From: Leptospira sp.
GTDB taxonomy: Bacteria > Spirochaetota > Leptospiria > Leptospirales > Leptospiraceae
Length of the DNA: 64,000 bases
NCBI GenBank assembly: GCA_034439575.1
Contig: JAWXAQ010000015.1
Coordinates: 96,001 to 160,000 of the forward strand
Reading direction: 5' to 3'
In this document: positions 59,481 through 64,000 of the stretch, one piece after another
How positions within the stretch are numbered: the first letter of the stretch is position 1
How the letters are laid out: each line of letters begins with the position of its first letter
Program-made: the position numbers and the translations under genes
The notes under the pieces: model-generated
What the model saw: the letters and a program-made list of their open reading frames with translations, nothing else
The model's database searches: none
Told to the model about the DNA's origin: nothing

Positions 59481-60607
59481 ATCAATATCCAAATTATAAA
59501 CCCGGTTTTTTAGAAAAATGGGGACGTTCCGTACTTTATAAAATCAATCGTTCACGAATTAGTAAAAACAAAAGTTCAATAGAAAATTTCTCAGAGCATT
59601 CAACGAAAATAATTCGTATAAGTGTATGTTTATCTTTTTGCATTGGATTCATTCCTTCCTTTTTGTTTGTAGCTTTAAGTCATTTTATTCCCAAAATTGA
59701 TCATATCTTTTCCTACCAAGCAATATTACCTGTGGTAGTGACGACATTACTCATCGGTATTTTTACTTATATAGAATTTTATTTATTATTTTTAACTGGT
59801 CTTTACCAAGCATTCTATATGGCCGAATCAGCTAACTTAGAATTATCGGAAGAACCCGAACTGATCACACCAGTGCCAGGATTACTAGCACGCATAGCTT
59901 TAGAAATTCCAGATCCCGAACTTCGCTTGTTTGGTATCAATCCGTACAAACGATTAAATCGTAAAAAAATATTCATTAAAACTTTATTATATAAAATTAA
60001 AGTAATGATATCAAATCTTTTTGCAAAAATTATTCTGAAAGCAATATTTGGAAGAACTGGACTTAGAATTTATATTGAATATATCGCCGCACCAATCACT
60101 GGATTATGGGATGCTTATGTTACTTACAAAATCCTTCATGAACTTCGCATGAGAATCATCTCTAGAAAAATTGCAGAGAAGATATTAATTTATATAGAGC
60201 AAAATCAAAATCAATTTTCCCCCAAGGGAAAGGAATGTCTGATGCGAGCCATCGCAAATTCAATTGTTTTTACAAAAACGTTTCATCCCAATTTTGAATA
60301 TCTACTTTTAAAGTTAGTAAAAGTTTTCAATATCCCCTTTGATATGAATGAAATGGATGAGCCAGATCAGTTTATCAACTCACTAAAATTTTGTGCCGAA
60401 GGCGAAAAAAGATTAGCAATTGTTATATTTTTAATTGGAAGTTGTTTTGATGGAACGATGACAAAGGAAGAATGGGATATGTTCCCAAAATTTTCATTTA
60501 TTTCTGATTTGGAACAAATGCTTTCAAAAACCAAATTTCTATTAAAAAGTATTAGAAATGGAAAATTATTGGACTCGATTCGAATTACCGAAGAAATGTT
60601 GGGATGA
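59477..60607 (+). CDS. hypothetical membrane protein
   Basis: 376 aa with TM helices, TTG start overlapping the kinase stop. Confidence 0.7.
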   Translation: MNQYPNYKPGFLEKWGRSVLYKINRSRISKNKSSIENFSEHSTKIIRISVCLSFCIGFIPSFLFVALSHFIPKIDHIFSYQAILPVVVTTLLIGIFTYIEFYLLFLTGLYQAFYMAESANLELSEEPELITPVPGLLARIALEIPDPELRLFGINPYKRLNRKKIFIKTLLYKIKVMISNLFAKIILKAIFGRTGLRIYIEYIAAPITGLWDAYVTYKILHELRMRIISRKIAEKILIYIEQNQNQFSPKGKECLMRAIANSIVFTKTFHPNFEYLLLKLVKVFNIPFDMNEMDEPDQFINSLKFCAEGEKRLAIVIFLIGSCFDGTMTKEEWDMFPKFSFISDLEQMLSKTKFLLKSIRNGKLLDSIRITEEMLG

Positions 60608-60661
60608 TTTTTATTAATAGGTATTAAATTCTGGTAAGTCTAAATCAAAGTAGGAGAAATT

Positions 60662-61177
60662 ATGTCATCAGTAACACTCAAAGGATCGCCAGTATCACTC
60701 GAAGGAAATATGCCCAAAGCAGGCGAAAAAGCCCCTGACTTCAAAGTCACCAAACAAGATTTAAGTGAAATTTCACTTAAAGATTTTTCTGGAAAAGTTA
60801 AAATTCTTGTTTCAGTCCCGAGTTTAGATACAGCTGTTTGCGCACTCGAAACTAAAAAATTTAATGAAAGAGCAGCGAAAGAATCAGATATTACAACACT
60901 AATCATTTCTGGAGACTTACCTTTTGCAATGAAACGATTTTGCAGTACAGAAGGTATAGAATCAAACAACTTAGTGACGGGATCACAGTTTAAAGATTTT
61001 TCCTTTTCTAAAAATTATGGAGTACATATTTCTTCAGGTCCATTGACAGGCCTTGCTGCCCGTGCTGTTTTTGTATTGGATAAATCTGATGTAGTTCGTT
61101 ATGTAGAACTTGTTCCTGAAATAGCAAGTGAACCAAATTATGATACTATCTTAGCCGAGGCAAAAAAACTCACCTAA
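60662..61177 (+). CDS. tpx: thiol peroxidase
   Basis: [32 protein letters not shown]. Confidence 0.96.
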   Translation: MSSVTLKGSPVSLEGNMPKAGEKAPDFKVTKQDLSEISLKDFSGKVKILVSVPSLDTAVCALETKKFNERAAKESDITTLIISGDLPFAMKRFCSTEGIESNNLVTGSQFKDFSFSKNYGVHISSGPLTGLAARAVFVLDKSDVVRYVELVPEIASEPNYDTILAEAKKLT

Positions 61178-63480
61178 CCTAAATTATGTAGAATGCAATC
61201 AAGACTCAGGTCTTTTGCATTCTTCTCTATTTCTTCTTTTAATTCTGGATCAAAAGAAAAAAACACTCCCTTCCAATTTTCATTTTTTAAGAATGATAAA
61301 GTATATCTTACGGCAGAGATCATACGTGTGCGATCCATATGCCTAAATGGCTCATCAAGCAAAATCCATTTCAAGTTATCATTCACCGACATACGCGATG
61401 CATATTCCAAGCGAATCGCAAAATAAAAAAGCTCCTTGGTACCTGTAGACAGATGATCTAATGCGCGTAAGGTTTGATTCGCATCACTCGCCTGGGCCGA
61501 TTCATCGAAATTTTCCCAAATAATATCCCTCTTATCTACAGTTGGTAATAATAAATTCCATCGTTTAGAGAGTGAATTTACCAATTCCATCATCTGATGA
61601 TTTGAGTCTTCTGCTAGTTCCAAAAAAATATCTGCAAGAAGTTTATAAGATTGCATCGTTTTTTCTACTTCTAACTTTTGATATTCGGCTTCTTCTTTTT
61701 CTCTCTTACATCGTTCCCAATTCTGTAATGTTTCATGTATCTTTGCTTTCGAACTTCCACGCAATCCCGCAAGCTCTGAATCAAAACGGAAATAAGTTTC
61801 TTTTAAAGATTCTAATTCTTTTTTTGCATTCTGAATTTGGTTTTTAATTTGCTTTAGTATATTTTGATCCTCTAAAGTAAAATCAAAAGATATACCTTGT
61901 TCTTCGAAGGATTGTATTTCGGTTTTTAATACATGTTTTAATGATGTTATATCTTTAACGTTAAATTCGGTAATTTTTTCTTTTAAAAAAGAATTTATAG
62001 AATTGAATTCTATCTCCTCTGCCTTAAAATTACTTAGTTTGTGAGTAAATTCTTCGAAATTTTTAACATCAAATTCTAGATACAATTTTTGAAGTTGATT
62101 ATTTTTCTCTTCAATACTTTCTTTTAATCGTTTTTCGCCCAATTCCATTTCATTGATTTTTTGTTTATCTCTTATGATTTCTTCTTGGATCAATTCTATT
62201 TCTCGAAGTAATATTTCGACATCAGAAGTGTATTTTTTAATGGCCTCTCTGATACCTTCTTTTGTTTTCAAAAGTATTTTAATGAGTCCCTCGGATTTCA
62301 AAAGAAGATCATCAGATATTTTTATGTAGTGTAGACTTATATCGTCATGATTTTTTTCAATTCTTTGCGATCTGGCAAAGAATAATACGATGACGGCACT
62401 AGAAAACATCAAAACACCACCTAATACAACTTGCATATTATCTATGGTCTTTGTAGTCGTCATTAAAATTGAGATGAAACCTAACATAAACAAAACGATT
62501 CCTGCAATCAATGGAATAGTCTTCCATTGTGTAATCGTAAAAGTTTCTGCGAGATCATAAACTGAATCCAATCGTTCTTCAGATTCACGAATCAAATTTC
62601 CAAATCGGGATAATTTTTGAGAACGCAAACTAACAGCATCTGACTTTTTTGAATCAGATAGAATTTTTTCTCTTAAACTATTTTGATTATTAATTAAATT
62701 TTTAAGCTCTTGTTGTCTCTCTTTCAATTCTTCATTTAAAGAGATGATTAATTTTTCTTTTCCGGTGGAAAGTCTAGAATTTATTTCCCTTACAGATTTT
62801 TCTTTAGATTCCCAAGATATTATATTTTGGAAAATATTTCTATAATGCGCATACTTTTCTCTTATAAGAAAAGTTGTCTCTTTATTTGATAACTCATTTA
62901 ATATAGATTCTTTTTCAGATAAGGATCTTTCATATTCTAATTTTTTGGCCTCCGATTTTGGTAATTCGGAAAAAGTTAGGATCGTATTTTCTCGCTCTGC
63001 TTCGGCCTGTTTCAAAGCTAATAATTTTTCCTCGTAAGCCTTTATAACTTTCTTTAACTCATTGTTAGCTTTAACATTTCCTTTTGTTTCTGATTTTTCC
63101 AAACAAACTTTTCTTAAATGATTGGCATCATAACCACTATCATGCAGTGAATTTCGAATCTTGTCTATAAGTTGTTCTTCATCATTGCCTTCAAAATCCC
63201 ATAACATTCTTCCTTCACGAATCGCATATGTATTCAAAAAGTTAGATGGAGAGATATTCGCAGGTGCATCATCACTGATTTTACTTTTTCTCTTTTTATC
63301 ATATCTCTCATTTAAAAAACGTCCATACTTGGAACCACCTGGTATCTTAATCAGTGCAGCTATAATCGCATCTAAAATTGTAGTTTTGCCAGATTCGTTT
63401 GGTCCAAAAAAAATAGTGATTTGTTTTAACGGAAAACTTGAATCTAAAAAGGCACCGAAATTTTTTAATATTAGATTCAT
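61174..63480 (-). CDS. SMC-like AAA ATPase (YhaN/SbcC-like)
   Basis: GPNESGKTT, coiled coil with two central TM helices, [13 protein letters not shown]. Confidence 0.85.
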   Translation of the reverse strand: MNLILKNFGAFLDSSFPLKQITIFFGPNESGKTTILDAIIAALIKIPGGSKYGRFLNERYDKKRKSKISDDAPANISPSNFLNTYAIREGRMLWDFEGNDEEQLIDKIRNSLHDSGYDANHLRKVCLEKSETKGNVKANNELKKVIKAYEEKLLALKQAEAERENTILTFSELPKSEAKKLEYERSLSEKESILNELSNKETTFLIREKYAHYRNIFQNIISWESKEKSVREINSRLSTGKEKLIISLNEELKERQQELKNLINNQNSLREKILSDSKKSDAVSLRSQKLSRFGNLIRESEERLDSVYDLAETFTITQWKTIPLIAGIVLFMLGFISILMTTTKTIDNMQVVLGGVLMFSSAVIVLFFARSQRIEKNHDDISLHYIKISDDLLLKSEGLIKILLKTKEGIREAIKKYTSDVEILLREIELIQEEIIRDKQKINEMELGEKRLKESIEEKNNQLQKLYLEFDVKNFEEFTHKLSNFKAEEIEFNSINSFLKEKITEFNVKDITSLKHVLKTEIQSFEEQGISFDFTLEDQNILKQIKNQIQNAKKELESLKETYFRFDSELAGLRGSSKAKIHETLQNWERCKREKEEAEYQKLEVEKTMQSYKLLADIFLELAEDSNHQMMELVNSLSKRWNLLLPTVDKRDIIWENFDESAQASDANQTLRALDHLSTGTKELFYFAIRLEYASRMSVNDNLKWILLDEPFRHMDRTRMISAVRYTLSFLKNENWKGVFFSFDPELKEEIEKNAKDLSLDCILHNLG

Positions 63481-64000
63481 TTACTTTTTCTCCTCTAATA
63501 AAAGTTCAAGGCCAAGTCGTTTTGTCAGAGTCCATTCGTCTATTTTCATATGCTCTTTTTTTGATTCCATAAGCTGGATGAATTTTTTTATATAAGTATT
63601 TTCTGAAATATTTGCGACTACTTTCAACGCAGAATTATCAAATTCTAATATACGAAGTTTTGGTTTCCATTCCATTTCCAATTCTCTTTGAAATTGCATG
63701 AGAACTTCCATAGTATCAACAACTCCAAACCAATTGATACGAACCCAATCGAACTTTGATAACTTTGATAGTATTTCTAAACTTTCACGATTCGGAATGC
63801 CATCTAAGCCTGGTTGTACGTTCAGTTCTATATATTGACCAGCAGATTCAAAATGGACAAATGATTTTGTGACTTTACTATCTTTGACTTCTAAAAGCAA
63901 TCCACCTCGAATTCCGACCTCTCCCTTTCTCCAGACTCGCGCCGATCCAGCATAGGCGATTTCCATCGCACCAAAGACTTGGGATCTGGCACTATGTATA
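63481..64000 (-). CDS. metallophosphoesterase nuclease (YhaO/SbcD-like), partial, 5' end outside the window
   Basis: Frame is open to the window edge: ..IHSARSQ..YAGS..GE motif; abuts the ATPase gene. Confidence 0.7.
   Translation of the reverse strand, partial: IHSARSQVFGAMEIAYAGSARVWRKGEVGIRGGLLLEVKDSKVTKSFVHFESAGQYIELNVQPGLDGIPNRESLEILSKLSKFDWVRINWFGVVDTMEVLMQFQRELEMEWKPKLRILEFDNSALKVVANISENTYIKKFIQLMESKKEHMKIDEWTLTKRLGLELLLEEKK

Overview
AT-rich bacterial chromosomal window, most likely from a Leptospira species (lmtA-like lipid A methyltransferase, SpiroCoCo-type coiled-coil protein, bacterial histone, DUF1564-like gene, spirochaetal lipoproteins); the taxon is inferred from recalled families, not a search. 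Most of it is housekeeping or signalling: map, thiM, thiE, queG, icd, trmB, tpx, a frameshifted rsgA, a Gld-like ABC system, an arsenic-resistance operon, kinases, cyclases and a partial SbcCD/YhaON-like pair. The main accessory segment is about 17.8-22.9 kb. It holds two VapBC toxin-antitoxin modules packaged as integron-like cassettes (two 157-bp attC-like sites, cassette-specific terminal inverted repeats, no integrase in the window), a pseudogene with two stops, a 1.4-kb noncoding array of five degenerate ~270-360-bp units with interleaved complementary motifs, a REP-like element and a DUF1564-like gene. A solitary cassette-like DUF2071 gene lies at 42.2-43.0 kb. Other highlights are a histone gene directly behind a membrane-anchored coiled-coil protein with a C-terminal HTH-like end, and a small secreted CPGKEKR-repeat peptide. 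No rRNA, tRNA, CRISPR array or transposase was recognised.
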